DNA of 64,000 nucleotides from an uncultured delta proteobacterium. GTDB lineage: Bacteria; Desulfobacterota; Binatia; DP-6. A program made the position numbers and the translations under genes. This document shows positions 1 to 9,627 of this stretch, piece after piece (position 1 is the stretch's first letter; every line of letters starts with the position of its first letter). The notes under the pieces are model-generated. The model searched no databases and was not told the origin of the DNA. It worked only from the letters and a program-made list of their open reading frames with translations. The stretch lies in contig CAWFFN010000009.1 of the NCBI GenBank assembly GCA_963815115.1, forward strand, positions 864,001-928,000, given 5' to 3'.

Positions 1-608
1 GGATGTACCACCACGTGGGTCACTCGAACGTGCTCGCCTTTCTCCGTCGCCTCGGACCGACGTTCCCCACGATCGACAGGATGGTGGTCTCCGGCGCGTC
101 AGCCGGCGGCTTCGGTGCGGTGCTGAACTTCGCCGTGTTCCGCGACCGCTGGCCTGCCGGGAAGATGTACCTGCTCGACGACTCGGGTCCGTTCCTGGAG
201 ACGGGTGGAATCCCTCCCGCCCTGGTCACGGCTTGGTTCGCCAACTGGCACCTCGGCGACGTCACCGACCCGCTCTGCGGGGTCGCGTGCCGGACCGATC
301 TCTCGCGCCTCATGCCCGCGCTCGTCTCCGGGTATCGCGCGGACCGGATGGCGCTGCTGTCGTCCGTGCAGGACGACGTCGTGCGGGCGTACTTCCAGCT
401 CTCGGCGGCGGGCTTCCAGGCGGATCTCCTGCAGATGGCCGCGGATCGGCTCGACCCGACGACGACGTTTCGATACTTCTTCGTGGCGGGGGCGAGCCAC
501 ACGATGGTGGGGGCCCCTGCGGCGTTCAGCCAGGACGGAGTGACGCTGCTGGACTGGATCGGCCAGCAGGTGAGCGACGATCCCGGCTGGGTTTCCGTCA
601 AGCCGTGA
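1..608 (+). CDS. Pectinacetylesterase/Notum-like alpha/beta-hydrolase, 5'-truncated by the window edge
   Basis: GASAGG nucleophile elbow (VVSGASAGGFGA), LLDDSG, and a late His (AGASHT). The ORF runs from the window start. Confidence 0.7.
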   Translation, partial: MYHHVGHSNVLAFLRRLGPTFPTIDRMVVSGASAGGFGAVLNFAVFRDRWPAGKMYLLDDSGPFLETGGIPPALVTAWFANWHLGDVTDPLCGVACRTDLSRLMPALVSGYRADRMALLSSVQDDVVRAYFQLSAAGFQADLLQMAADRLDPTTTFRYFFVAGASHTMVGAPAAFSQDGVTLLDWIGQQVSDDPGWVSVKP

Positions 609-632
609 CCGGTCCGACCGTGGGGAGGCCAG

Positions 633-1400
633 ATGCACGTGCGTGATCGAGTGTGCGTCGTGACCGGCGGCGCCAGCGGAATCGGACGCGCGCTCGCTCG
701 CCGCTTCGCGTCCGAGGGCGCGCGTGCGGTGGTCGTCGTCGATCGCGACGCGGGCGGGGTGCAGGCGGTCGCCGAGTCGGTCGGTGGAGTCGGGATGCGG
801 GCCGACGTCGCCCGCGAGGAGGACATCCACCGCGTGATCGACGAGGTCGAAACGAGCTGCGGGCCGATCGACCTCTTCTGCTCCAACGCCGGCATCCTCG
901 TCGCCGGCGGTCCCGAGGTGCCGAGCGCGGAGTGGCAGCGCATCTGGGAGATCAACGTGATGGCGCACGTGCTGGCCGCGCGACATCTCGTGCCGCGCAT
1001 GCTGGCGCGGGGCGGCGGCTACCTGCTGCAGACGGCGTCGGCGGCCGGGCTGCTCTCGCAGATCGGCTCCGCGCCGTACGCCGTGACCAAGCACGCCGCC
1101 GTTGCCTTCGCGGAGTGGCTCGCCATCACCTACGGCGACGGGGGCCTCAAGGTGTCGGTGCTGTGCCCGCAGGCGGTTCGCACCGCCATGACCGACGGCA
1201 TCCCGAACGGCGGCGTCGCCGGCGTGGACGGGATGCTCGAGCCGGAGCTGGTCGCCGACGCCGTGATCGAAGGCCTGGCGGCGGAGCACTTTCTCATTCT
1301 CCCGCACCCGACGGTGGCCGAGTACGTGCGGCGCAAGGCGGAGGACGTGGAGCGCTGGCTGCGAGGGATGCGGCGGCTTCAGGCGCGCTTCGGCGAGTGA
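633..1400 (+). CDS. Short-chain dehydrogenase/reductase (SDR)
   Basis: TGGASGIG Rossmann motif, SNAGI, and YAVTK (YxxxK). GGGGAGG RBS upstream. Confidence 0.92.
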   Translation: MHVRDRVCVVTGGASGIGRALARRFASEGARAVVVVDRDAGGVQAVAESVGGVGMRADVAREEDIHRVIDEVETSCGPIDLFCSNAGILVAGGPEVPSAEWQRIWEINVMAHVLAARHLVPRMLARGGGYLLQTASAAGLLSQIGSAPYAVTKHAAVAFAEWLAITYGDGGLKVSVLCPQAVRTAMTDGIPNGGVAGVDGMLEPELVADAVIEGLAAEHFLILPHPTVAEYVRRKAEDVERWLRGMRRLQARFGE

Positions 1401-1401
1401 T

Positions 1402-2370
1402 TCACGCGAAGCACACCCACAGGCGCTGCCAGAGCCAGTACGATCCCGTGATGCCGACGAGGTAGCTTCCCGCGAGCGCGACCCGCGGAACGAGTGCCGT
1501 GCGGGCGAGTGCTGCGAGCCCGGCCATCACGACGACGATGAAGGCCACCTGGCCGATCTCCACCCCGAGACCGAAGCCGACCAGCGCGCTGGCCACGGCG
1601 TGATCGGGAAGGCCCACCTCGGACAGCGCACCGGCGAAGCCGAGCCCGTGCACGAGGCCGAAGACCAGGGCGATGGCCGGCCCCTGCCACGCGGCGCACC
1701 GCTCGGCGGCGGGACTCCCGATGTCGAGCGCGACCAGGATCAGGCTGAGCGCGATGCACGCTTCCGCCGCTGGCGGATAGGCGTGAACCCAGCCGAGGGC
1801 GACGGCGGAGAAGCTCAAGGTGTGCGAGCAGGTGAAGGCCGTCTCGGTGAGGAAGACGTCACGCGGACGGCGCACGTAGAGGACGAGTGCCAGCAGGAAG
1901 AGCAGGTGGTCGATCCCCGTCGCGATGTGCACGAGGCCGAGGCGGACGTATTCCATGCCGACCTGGGTCCACGATTGCGCCGTCGGGATCACCCAGCCCG
2001 CGGCCGCCGGAGTCAGCACGCGCGACAGCACGGTGCCGTCGGCGCGCAGCACGCGCACGACCGCTTCGGTGAGGACGGGCCCGAGTCCGTCGATCGCCAC
2101 GTGACGCCCGCCGAGACCGCCGTCGCAGCGCAGGCGGAAGGTGCTGACGTTCGCTTCGCTCGACTCTGGGGAGGCCTCGACCTTCGTGCACCCGTCCGGC
2201 AGCCGGGGACCGACCGCGGGCGCGGGCACCGTCGTCTTCCAGGTGGCGAGGACGGTGCCGCCTTCTCCTTCGCTCAGCTCGAGGTAGGCGGTCCGCATGC
2301 CGTGCGCGAGCAGCCCCGAGGCAGGACCGAGGGCGGCCAGCACGAGTCCGGCGGCCAGCGCGCGCCGCAT
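1402..2370 (-). CDS. HupE/UreJ-family membrane protein with an N-terminal exported domain
   Basis: Signal peptide followed by AH; HIATGIDHLLFL, AFTCSHTLS, FGLVHGLGFA and GVEIGQ motifs. Confidence 0.85.
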   Translation of the reverse strand: MRRALAAGLVLAALGPASGLLAHGMRTAYLELSEGEGGTVLATWKTTVPAPAVGPRLPDGCTKVEASPESSEANVSTFRLRCDGGLGGRHVAIDGLGPVLTEAVVRVLRADGTVLSRVLTPAAAGWVIPTAQSWTQVGMEYVRLGLVHIATGIDHLLFLLALVLYVRRPRDVFLTETAFTCSHTLSFSAVALGWVHAYPPAAEACIALSLILVALDIGSPAAERCAAWQGPAIALVFGLVHGLGFAGALSEVGLPDHAVASALVGFGLGVEIGQVAFIVVVMAGLAALARTALVPRVALAGSYLVGITGSYWLWQRLWVCFA

Positions 2371-3338
2371 CAGTCGAGCTCCTCGCTGCGCGGAAGCGCG
2401 ACCGGGCCGTTCGCGGGTGACACGGTCAGCGGCCGGCCGTCGACCGTGATGCGATAGCGCGCGGCCGCCTGGCGAAGGAAGATCGCCGCGGCCTGCTTCT
2501 TGCGGGCGACCAGATAGGCGAGCGGCAGCCGTCCCTTGACGTCGTCGAAGCGTGCGGGCGCCTCTTCGGTGCGCCCGAGCACCTTGACTAGATGCCAGCC
2601 GTGGCGCGACCGGATCGGCTCGCTCCAGACGCCGGGATCGAGCCCGAAGACGTCGTCGGCGAAGCCGGTGCCGTACGCGGCCCCGAGATCATCGCGCGTG
2701 GTCGTCAGATCGCGCGGCAGCGGAAAGGCTTCGCCCAGCGCGGGTGGTGCGTTTGGTGACCTGGCCTCCGCGGCGACCACCTCGTCGCGCAACGCCTGCA
2801 GGCGATCACGACCCGCTGGTCCGGCATAGACGTGGATCAGGTGAACCTCGGCTGGACGCGTCCACGGGGTGCGCGCCGACTGGAAGAAGACGCGCAGCTC
2901 GTCCTCCGATGGCGCGCGCGATGCTCCGGCAAGGTCCTCGGCGAAGAACAGCACCTTCTGGATCAGGCGCTGCCGGACGACGTTGTCGTCGCGATCGAGC
3001 CCGAGGCGCAGCGCCTCGCGGTAGAGGATCTCGTCCTCGACGGCGCGCACGCGCACGTCGTGAACCTCGTCCGCATCGAGGGCCGGCTTCCCGAGGCGCT
3101 GCGCCTGCGCCTGCTCGAGGGCAGCGAGGCTGGCGCCGTCGATCGCGATGTCCCGTCGCGACGCGGGTCTGGGTGCGAGAGCGAAGATCAGCCCGCCGAC
3201 CGCCAGGAACTGCACGAGCCGGCTGCGCCCGGCGATCCCCAGCACCTGTCCGAAGAGGGAGGGGCGCGGCTCCGGCGGGACGTGCGGCGTCGCGGTCTCG
3301 GCAGGCCGCGACGCCTTGACGAGATGGATCGAGGCCAT
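2370..3338 (-). CDS. Parvulin/PpiC-type peptidyl-prolyl isomerase-like (Rotamase_2) protein
   Basis: EDEILYREALRLGLDRDDNVVRQRLIQK and WSEPIRSRHGWHLV; N-terminal membrane anchor. The stop overlaps the hupE-like start. An alternative GTG start lies at 3353. Confidence 0.8.
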   Translation of the reverse strand: MASIHLVKASRPAETATPHVPPEPRPSLFGQVLGIAGRSRLVQFLAVGGLIFALAPRPASRRDIAIDGASLAALEQAQAQRLGKPALDADEVHDVRVRAVEDEILYREALRLGLDRDDNVVRQRLIQKVLFFAEDLAGASRAPSEDELRVFFQSARTPWTRPAEVHLIHVYAGPAGRDRLQALRDEVVAAEARSPNAPPALGEAFPLPRDLTTTRDDLGAAYGTGFADDVFGLDPGVWSEPIRSRHGWHLVKVLGRTEEAPARFDDVKGRLPLAYLVARKKQAAAIFLRQAAARYRITVDGRPLTVSPANGPVALPRSEELD

Positions 3339-3392
3339 CGGCGCATCCTGCACGCCGCGAGCGGAAGGGCAAGACTCGCGCCTCCCGGCGGG

Positions 3393-4406
3393 TCACCACA
3401 CCTTCATCAAGCCGCCGAGGACCTGGTAGTCGAACGGCTCGGGATCCGTCACCGGCACCTCCACACCGCCCAGACCGTACCAGTTCCAGCCCAGATGAAT
3501 CCGGAATCCCGGGGTGAACGTCAGGGTGGTGGTGCTCGGACCGCGGTGGTCGATGGCCTGGGTCAGGTTGGTCGATACGTACCACACCGTGTCGCCGATC
3601 GGGATCATGTCGTGCGGCGTGAAGTAGTAGCCCAGCGCCAGGTTGCCGAGGAACGTGCTGCGCGCGTTGAGCACGTTGACCGACTGGTTGCCGAAGGGAA
3701 TGCCGAAGCCGGCGCCGCCGCGCGCGACGAACCCGGCCCAGGGATTGACCCAGAAGTTGTAGTACGGGGTCACCGCAGCCTGGCCCTGGTTGTTGATGAC
3801 ATCGCTCGTGGGCATGCGGAAGGTGACATCGAGCGATTGTGCCGAGTCCTCCGTCTCGGAGAGTGCGAAGCGCGGCACGACCTGCAAATCCGGGCTCGAG
3901 ACGTGGTAGTCGTTACCCGGGATGCTGCCGCGGTTCGACAGGATGAGCGGGATGTCCCACCGGACCTCGAAGCGGCGGTTGAACGGCGTATAGATCGAGA
4001 GCGCGCTCGTCCAGTTGTCACCGTTGCCGGTGTCGTGGGCGTAGTTGAACGTCAGGATCCCGAGCCGGTAGAAGACGCCGTCCTGTGCGTTGAGCCAGCC
4101 CTGACGCGGCGCACCGTCCCCGTCCTGGCCGTTCGGGCCGCCGGCCCAGGGCTCGTCCCAGCCTTCCGTGAAGAACGTGCCCAACGGAAGCGGCTTCCAG
4201 CGTCCCGGCGCGTAGACGTCGCCGGAAAGCGAGTCCCAGACGACGCCGAGGAAGCTCATGTCCGATCGCGTGGTTCCCGCCGGCTGGCTGCCCGCACCGG
4301 TGGTGAGCTGCGCCCTGACCGGCGTGACTACCCCGAGGATCAAGGCGGCAACTGCGCCGGCTGCGACCCTCACCCTCGAACCTGCACCGCGTTTTGCCCT
4401 CATCAC
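3393..4406 (-). CDS. Putative outer-membrane beta-barrel (transporter-like) protein
   Basis: Signal peptide (AVAALILGVVTPVRA-Q), alternating aromatic beta strands, and a C-terminal beta-signal-like YQVLGGLMKVW. Confidence 0.65.
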   Translation of the reverse strand: MMRAKRGAGSRVRVAAGAVAALILGVVTPVRAQLTTGAGSQPAGTTRSDMSFLGVVWDSLSGDVYAPGRWKPLPLGTFFTEGWDEPWAGGPNGQDGDGAPRQGWLNAQDGVFYRLGILTFNYAHDTGNGDNWTSALSIYTPFNRRFEVRWDIPLILSNRGSIPGNDYHVSSPDLQVVPRFALSETEDSAQSLDVTFRMPTSDVINNQGQAAVTPYYNFWVNPWAGFVARGGAGFGIPFGNQSVNVLNARSTFLGNLALGYYFTPHDMIPIGDTVWYVSTNLTQAIDHRGPSTTTLTFTPGFRIHLGWNWYGLGGVEVPVTDPEPFDYQVLGGLMKVW

Positions 4407-4455
4407 TCCCCCCTACCGCCGCGCTGCGGGCGTCCCGCACTCTCCAGACGCCGCG

Positions 4456-4484
4456 CCGATACCCCCGCGCGGACAGGCTGTCAA
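4456..4484 (-). promoter_or_regulatory. Putative sigma70 promoter for the barrel-PPIase-hupE operon
   Basis: Minus strand reads TTGACA-N17-TATCGG upstream of 4406. Confidence 0.4.
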
Positions 4485-4707
4485 GCACATCTCCGGATTC
4501 GCTGAGTGCCGGGATTGCAAGACAGCGCGCCACCCGTTCGGGTGATTCACCCTGCGACGGTGCCGCGCGGCACAGGTGGTGGTGCTCCGCGGAACACACG
4601 TACGCCAGGGTTGAACGGCCACGTCGAGAACGCGGCCTCGCGACGACACGATGTCGGCGCTCGAGGCGACAACCGTTCCGGAAGACTCCGGAACACTGGA
4701 GGGAGTG

Positions 4708-5271
4708 ATGAGGCATGAAAGCGGGGCCGTTACCCTGGGGCTGCTGTTGCTTGCATCGGGTGCCGTCGCAGGCGGCAACGAGGAGCACGGTGCGGTCACG
4801 GCGGCGGGCGGTGTTTTCGTTCCATACGACGGCAACGCGGGGCCGTCGGCCATGCTCGGCGCCGAAGGGCGCGTGAGCGATCACGTGAGCGTCGGGGGTG
4901 AGCTCGAGTACCGCCACTTCGACGCCGACGGAGTCGCCGGCACCACCGCCAGCGTGGACAGCCTGCATGCCCGCGCCCTCGTGCGCTACACCTGGCAGCC
5001 GGGGGTCGTACGGCCCTACCTCGGCGCCGGAGCCGGGCTCGGTGTGCACGACGTGTCCGGGAGCATTCGCGACCATGACGGCTACTTCAGCCTCAGCGGC
5101 ACGGCCGTGAGCCTCGGGGTGCTCGGACTCGCCGGGCTCGACCTTCCCCTGGGGGATCGCTTCGCGCTGTTCGCCGAGGGCCGTCTCTCGGGAGACTTCG
5201 CGACCAACCTCGTGTCCGGCGCGCAGCTCGGCGGCATCTCCGGAATGAGCGGCGCGCGCATTCGCTTCTGA
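4708..5271 (+). CDS. Small OmpA/OmpW-like outer-membrane beta-barrel protein
   Basis: Signal peptide, VRPYLGAGAG, GLAGLDLPLGDRFALFAEGR and a terminal Phe (GARIRF). GGAGGGAG RBS before ATG 4708. Confidence 0.75.
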   Translation: MRHESGAVTLGLLLLASGAVAGGNEEHGAVTAAGGVFVPYDGNAGPSAMLGAEGRVSDHVSVGGELEYRHFDADGVAGTTASVDSLHARALVRYTWQPGVVRPYLGAGAGLGVHDVSGSIRDHDGYFSLSGTAVSLGVLGLAGLDLPLGDRFALFAEGRLSGDFATNLVSGAQLGGISGMSGARIRF

Positions 5272-5286
5272 CGTCGACCGATCGCC

Positions 5287-5330
5287 GAACCGGAGGCGGC
5301 GGTGGTCATCCACCGCCGCCCCGCCGGTTC
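5287..5330. terminator. GC-rich hairpin between convergent genes (possible bidirectional terminator)
   Basis: GGCGGCGGTGG-TCAT-CCACCGCCGCC core with outer GAACCGG/CCGGTTC arms; no U-tract. Confidence 0.45.
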
Positions 5331-5332
5331 CA

Positions 5333-6385
5333 TCAGCCCGGATAGAGGACGATCTCCGTCGCCTTCACGGTGGCCCAGACCTCCTCTCCGGGGGCCAGGG
5401 CGAGCGCCTCCACGGCGGCCATCGTGACCTCGGCGACGACCGGAGGAGTGGTGGCCACGCGCACCCGTGCCACCACTCCTTCGACGTCGATCTCCTCGAT
5501 CGAACCGCGCCACACGTTGCGTGGAGAGCCCTCGGGCCGCGTACGGAGCAGCGTCACGGCGCGCGGATGCACGGCCGCGAACACGTCGCCCACTACCTGG
5601 TCGGCGACGACGAGCGTGCCGCCGCCGTCGAGCGTGACCCGGCCGCCGTCGGCGCGGCCGCGGAACAGGTTGATGCCGGCGAGATCCGCCACCCACCGCG
5701 AGCGCGGACGGGCGGTCACTGCCGCCGGGGTTCCGGTCTGAACGATCCGCCCGTGCTCGAGTACGATCACCCGATCCGCCAGCGCGAACGCTTCCACCGG
5801 GTCGTGCGTGACCAGCAGGATGACGCCCTCGAACGACGTCAGGTGGCGGCGTAGATCCCGTTGCAGCTGTGCTCGCGCCTGGACGTCCACTGCCGCGAGG
5901 GGCTCGTCGAGGAGCAGGAGCCGCGGCTCGACGGCCAGCGCGCGGGCGAGCGCCACCCGCTGGGCCTGGCCGCCCGACAGTGCCGCGGGTTTCGCGTGGA
6001 TGCGATCGCCGAGATCCATGCGCTCGAGCCAGCCGGCCGCGATGCGGTGCGCCTCCGCTCGACCTCGACCCCGGCACCGCAGACCGAAGGCCACGTTCTC
6101 GAGAGCCGAGAGGTGGGGGAACAGCAGCAGGTCCTGGAAGACGACGGCAACGGGCCGCTCCTCGGTCGGGACCGCCACGCCGGCGGCGACGTCCTCGAGG
6201 ACCGCGCCATCCAGGACGATCCGCCCGTCGTCGAGCGCGACCAGTCCCGCCAGCACGTGCAGGAGGGTCGTCTTCCCGGAGGCGTTGGGGCCGAGCACGC
6301 CCACCGTCTCGCCGGCATCGACGTCGAGCTCGACGTCGAGTCGGAACGCGTCCCGGCCGACGTGCCCGTGCGCCGTGAGGCTCAT
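5333..6385 (-). CDS. modC: Molybdate ABC transporter ATP-binding protein with C-terminal TOBE domain
   Basis: Walker A GPNASGKT, LSGGQ, LLLLDEP and a TOBE-like C-terminus. The ATG at 6385 overlaps the modB TGA (ATGA). Confidence 0.88.
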   Translation of the reverse strand: MSLTAHGHVGRDAFRLDVELDVDAGETVGVLGPNASGKTTLLHVLAGLVALDDGRIVLDGAVLEDVAAGVAVPTEERPVAVVFQDLLLFPHLSALENVAFGLRCRGRGRAEAHRIAAGWLERMDLGDRIHAKPAALSGGQAQRVALARALAVEPRLLLLDEPLAAVDVQARAQLQRDLRRHLTSFEGVILLVTHDPVEAFALADRVIVLEHGRIVQTGTPAAVTARPRSRWVADLAGINLFRGRADGGRVTLDGGGTLVVADQVVGDVFAAVHPRAVTLLRTRPEGSPRNVWRGSIEEIDVEGVVARVRVATTPPVVAEVTMAAVEALALAPGEEVWATVKATEIVLYPG

Positions 6386-7170
6386 GGCTGCTCGAGCCAG
6401 CGTCCCCGCAGCACGACGAGGATGGTGAGCGAGACGGCGAGCAGGACCAGGCTGAGCGCCATGCCCACTTCGGGGCGGCTCTCGAGCTCGACGTAGACCG
6501 CCAGCGGGATCGTCTGGGTGCGGCCGGCGAAGTTGCCGGCGAAGGTGATCGTGGCGCCGAACTCGCCGAGCGCGCGCGCCCAGCAGAGCGCGGCGCCGGC
6601 GGCGATCGAGGGACGCACCAGCGGGAGGGTCACCCGGCGGAAGACCGTCCAGCGGGTCGCGCCGAGCGTGCGCGCCGCGTCCTCCAGGCGCCGATCGAGC
6701 CCGCGCAGCACGCCCTCCATGGCGAGCACGAAGAACGGCATGGCGACGAACGTCTCCGCCAGCACGGCCCCGGCCGTGGTGAACGGAAGCTGGATGCCCA
6801 GGGGTTGCAGCCACTGACCGATCAGGCCACGCCGCCCGAAGACGGCGAGCAACGCGACGCCGCCCACCACGGGCGGCAACACCACCGGCAGGAGGGTGAG
6901 CGCACGCAGCAGCGCACGGCCCGGAAACGTGCCCCGCGCCTGGACCCAGGCGAGCGGCAGGCCGAGCGTCATGGACAGGATGGTAGCGGCCAGCGAGCAC
7001 ACCAGGGAGAGCCGCATCGCCGTCAGCGCCTCCGGGGCGAGAAGCACGCGCGCGAGATCCAGCCAGGGAGCCCGCCACAGGAGGCCCACGAGGGGGAGGA
7101 CGAACAGGGCGGCGCCGAGCGACGCAACGACGGCGGCGACCGGCGGCACGCCCTCGCGCCGCGGCTTCAC
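6382..7170 (-). CDS. modB: Molybdate ABC transporter permease
   Basis: LPVVLPPVVGG, EDAARTLGA (EAA loop), WARALGEFGATITFAGN and TQTIPLAVY. Confidence 0.92.
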   Translation of the reverse strand: MKPRREGVPPVAAVVASLGAALFVLPLVGLLWRAPWLDLARVLLAPEALTAMRLSLVCSLAATILSMTLGLPLAWVQARGTFPGRALLRALTLLPVVLPPVVGGVALLAVFGRRGLIGQWLQPLGIQLPFTTAGAVLAETFVAMPFFVLAMEGVLRGLDRRLEDAARTLGATRWTVFRRVTLPLVRPSIAAGAALCWARALGEFGATITFAGNFAGRTQTIPLAVYVELESRPEVGMALSLVLLAVSLTILVVLRGRWLEQP

Positions 7171-7925
7171 GGCGCGACGAACCCGGAGCGCTTCAGGACG
7201 CGCTGCCCGGCCACCGCCAGGACGTAGGCGACGAAGGCCCGCGCGCCTGCCGCGTTCGGCGCCGCTTTGAGCGTTGCGATCGGGTAGCTCGCGATCACGT
7301 TGTGCGCCTCCGGAATGGCCACCGCCTCGACCCGGTCTCCGCCCGCGATCACGTCGGTGGTGTAGACGATGCCGGCGTCCGCCTCACCCATCGCGACCCG
7401 CATCAGCACCGCCTTGACGTCCACCTCGCTGCTCGCTTCGGGCCGGGGCACCCCCGCCTTGGCGAAGGCCTGCGTCGCATAGCGACCCACCGGGACTTCC
7501 GGTGCGGCGAGCGCGACCGTCATCCCGGCGCGGCCGAGATCGGCGAGGCTGGTGACGTGCTTCGGGTTCCCCCGCGGCACGACGATCGTGAGGCGGTTGC
7601 GGGCAAACGTCTGCGGCGTGCCTGTGACGTCGCCCGCGTCGACCGCCTTCTTCATGTTCTCCTCGTCGGCGGAGGCGAACACGTCCCCGGGGGCGCCCTC
7701 GACGATCTGCCGCGCGAGGGTCGAGGAGCCCGCGAAGTTGAAGTCGACCTTCGTTCCCGGGTGCGCCGCCTCGAAGTCGCTTCCGATCGTGCGGAACGCC
7801 TCGGTGAGCGAGGCGGCAGCGAAGACCGTCAGGTTCTCGGTGCGCGCGCTCGACGCCGCGAGCAGCGACAGCGCGAGAAGACCCCAGCATCCGATCGGGA
7901 GGCGCGAGGATCGTGTGGTAGGCAC
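7167..7925 (-). CDS. modA: Molybdate ABC transporter substrate-binding protein
   Basis: VFAAASLTEAF, FAGSSTLARQI, DVFASAD, VPVGRYA and EADAGIVY; signal peptide after GTG 7925. Confidence 0.9.
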   Translation of the reverse strand: MPTTRSSRLPIGCWGLLALSLLAASSARTENLTVFAAASLTEAFRTIGSDFEAAHPGTKVDFNFAGSSTLARQIVEGAPGDVFASADEENMKKAVDAGDVTGTPQTFARNRLTIVVPRGNPKHVTSLADLGRAGMTVALAAPEVPVGRYATQAFAKAGVPRPEASSEVDVKAVLMRVAMGEADAGIVYTTDVIAGGDRVEAVAIPEAHNVIASYPIATLKAAPNAAGARAFVAYVLAVAGQRVLKRSGFVAP

Positions 7926-7932
7926 CTCAGCG

Positions 7933-7961
7933 CGACTAGCAAGTGGAAATGGCGTCGGCAA
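7933..7961 (-). promoter_or_regulatory. Putative promoter giving a leaderless modABC transcript
   Basis: Minus strand reads TTGCCG-N17-TAGTCG (preceded by TGC), 7 nt before GTG 7925. Confidence 0.5.
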
Positions 7962-8089
7962 GGGAGGGCCGACACCGTGTCCGCGTCCGAAGCGCCGGCG
8001 AGGGCTCCGGGGACCGACCGATATTGGGCTCTTTCCGGCCCCGGGGCGACACACTACGATGAGCCGATGGTTGCCCTGCGTCCGCCGAA

Positions 8090-9607
8090 GTGGGCTTCGT
8101 GAGCGTTGCCACTCCCGAGCAGCGCCCGCTGCGCCTGGGCGAGTGGGCGCGTGTGTTCGCGCTCGCGATCGCGATGGTGGCGGGGGCGTGGCTTCTCTAC
8201 CAGCTCCTCGACGTCGTGTTGCTCGTCTTCCTCGGCGTCACGCTCGCAGCGGCGCTCCAGCCCTGGCATGCGAAGCTCTGCCAGGTCGGGGTACCGCGCG
8301 GCCCGGCGGTGCTGCTCATCTACCTGCTCTTCGCGCTGGCGCTCGGAGGCCTCGGGCTGCTGGTGGTCCCTGTCCTGATCGACGAGATCGGCCAGCTGGT
8401 CGCCACCGTACCCGAGAAGTACGCGGCGTTGCTGTCGTCCCTCCGCGGCAGCGACGCCGGACTCCTGCGCCTCGTCGGCCAGCGCCTGCCGCCGTTCGAG
8501 GCGCTGCCGGCGACGATGAGCTCGCTCTCGGCCGAATCGGTCCGCGGCATCTTCGGTGTCACGAGCGGGGTCTTCGCCGTTCTCACCTGGGCGGTGGCGG
8601 TGCTCGCGATCGCGTTCTACTGGACGCTGGAGGTGCCGCGGCTCGAGCGCCTCGTCGTCTCGATGCTGCCCGCCGCGCGCCGCCCGCAGGCACTCGGAGC
8701 GTGGCGGGCGGTCGAGTCGAAGCTCGGCTCCTACCTGAGTGCGCAGGGACTGGCCATGCTCGCGGTCGGCGTCGCGTCAGGCTTCGGCTACCTCCTCATC
8801 GGACTACCGAACCCGCTGGCGCTGGCCGTTCTCGCGGGGCTCTTCGAGGGCGTGCCGCTGCTCGGTCCGTTCCTGGCCGCGGTTCCGGCGCTGCTCGCAG
8901 CGTTGCCACTCGGCGCGAGCACCGTGCTCCTCACCATGGGCTGGGCCCTCCTGGTGCAGCTGTTCGAGAGCAACGTGCTGGTGCCGCGGATCATGAGCCG
9001 CGCCGTCGGGGTGAGCGCGCTCGTGAGCATCGTGGCCATCCTCGCCTTCGGAAGCGTCTACGGCATCCTCGGCGTCTTCCTCGCCGTCCCGCTCGCCGCT
9101 GCCCTCCAGGTGATCCTGGATCGCTTCGTGCTCAACGCCGAGCCCGACCCGCTGGAGGTCGACGCACCCGCCCTCACGGGTCTGCGGCGGCGCGCCCGCG
9201 CTCTCCGCCAGCGGGTGCGGCTGCGGCTGCGGGAGCGGACGGTGCGCATGGGGATCGACCCGGAGACGCCCGAGCACGTCGTCGACGCGATGGACCAGCA
9301 CCTCGAGGAAGTGCTCGATCGCATCGCAGCCGCGATCCGCGTGGCCCAGCGCGCTGGCCGCGCGACCGATGCCACCGAGCGGAGCGAGATGCTGAGCACG
9401 CTGCAGAGAGCGGTCCAGCGGCTCGAGGGTGCCGTGGCGCGCGTCGACGCGATCACCGCCGCCGATTCCGAGCTCGACACGGCCGATGCACAGCCATTCG
9501 ATGAGCTGGCACGCGCAACCGCGCAGGCCGAGACGGCGGTTGCGGGCGTGGAAGTCGTCCCCGGCGCTGCGGAGGAGCCGCCGGCCCGTCGCCGCGACCG
9601 TGGCTGA
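8090..9607 (+). CDS. AI-2E (PerM/TqsA) family transporter with a long helical C-terminal extension
   Basis: Multiple TM helices; LFEGVPLLGPFLAAVP, VQLFESNVLVPRIM and YGILGVFLAVPLAA. Confidence 0.85.
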   Translation: MGFVSVATPEQRPLRLGEWARVFALAIAMVAGAWLLYQLLDVVLLVFLGVTLAAALQPWHAKLCQVGVPRGPAVLLIYLLFALALGGLGLLVVPVLIDEIGQLVATVPEKYAALLSSLRGSDAGLLRLVGQRLPPFEALPATMSSLSAESVRGIFGVTSGVFAVLTWAVAVLAIAFYWTLEVPRLERLVVSMLPAARRPQALGAWRAVESKLGSYLSAQGLAMLAVGVASGFGYLLIGLPNPLALAVLAGLFEGVPLLGPFLAAVPALLAALPLGASTVLLTMGWALLVQLFESNVLVPRIMSRAVGVSALVSIVAILAFGSVYGILGVFLAVPLAAALQVILDRFVLNAEPDPLEVDAPALTGLRRRARALRQRVRLRLRERTVRMGIDPETPEHVVDAMDQHLEEVLDRIAAAIRVAQRAGRATDATERSEMLSTLQRAVQRLEGAVARVDAITAADSELDTADAQPFDELARATAQAETAVAGVEVVPGAAEEPPARRRDRG

Positions 9608-9627
9608 GCGTGGCCGGCGGCGCGCCG

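Noticed and set aside
5333-7078. 581-aa ModC with a long N-terminal extension
   Set aside because: The extension is an alternative frame over modB. The real start is the ATGA-coupled ATG at 6385.
7926-8060. Moco/Tuco riboswitch or attenuator upstream of modA (hairpin GGTGTCGGC...GCCGACGCC, CCTCCC)
   Set aside because: The conserved Moco-RNA features are not recognisable. A -35/-10 pair lies just 7 nt before the start and overlaps the hairpin, so this DNA is probably not in the transcript. No ModE box was seen.
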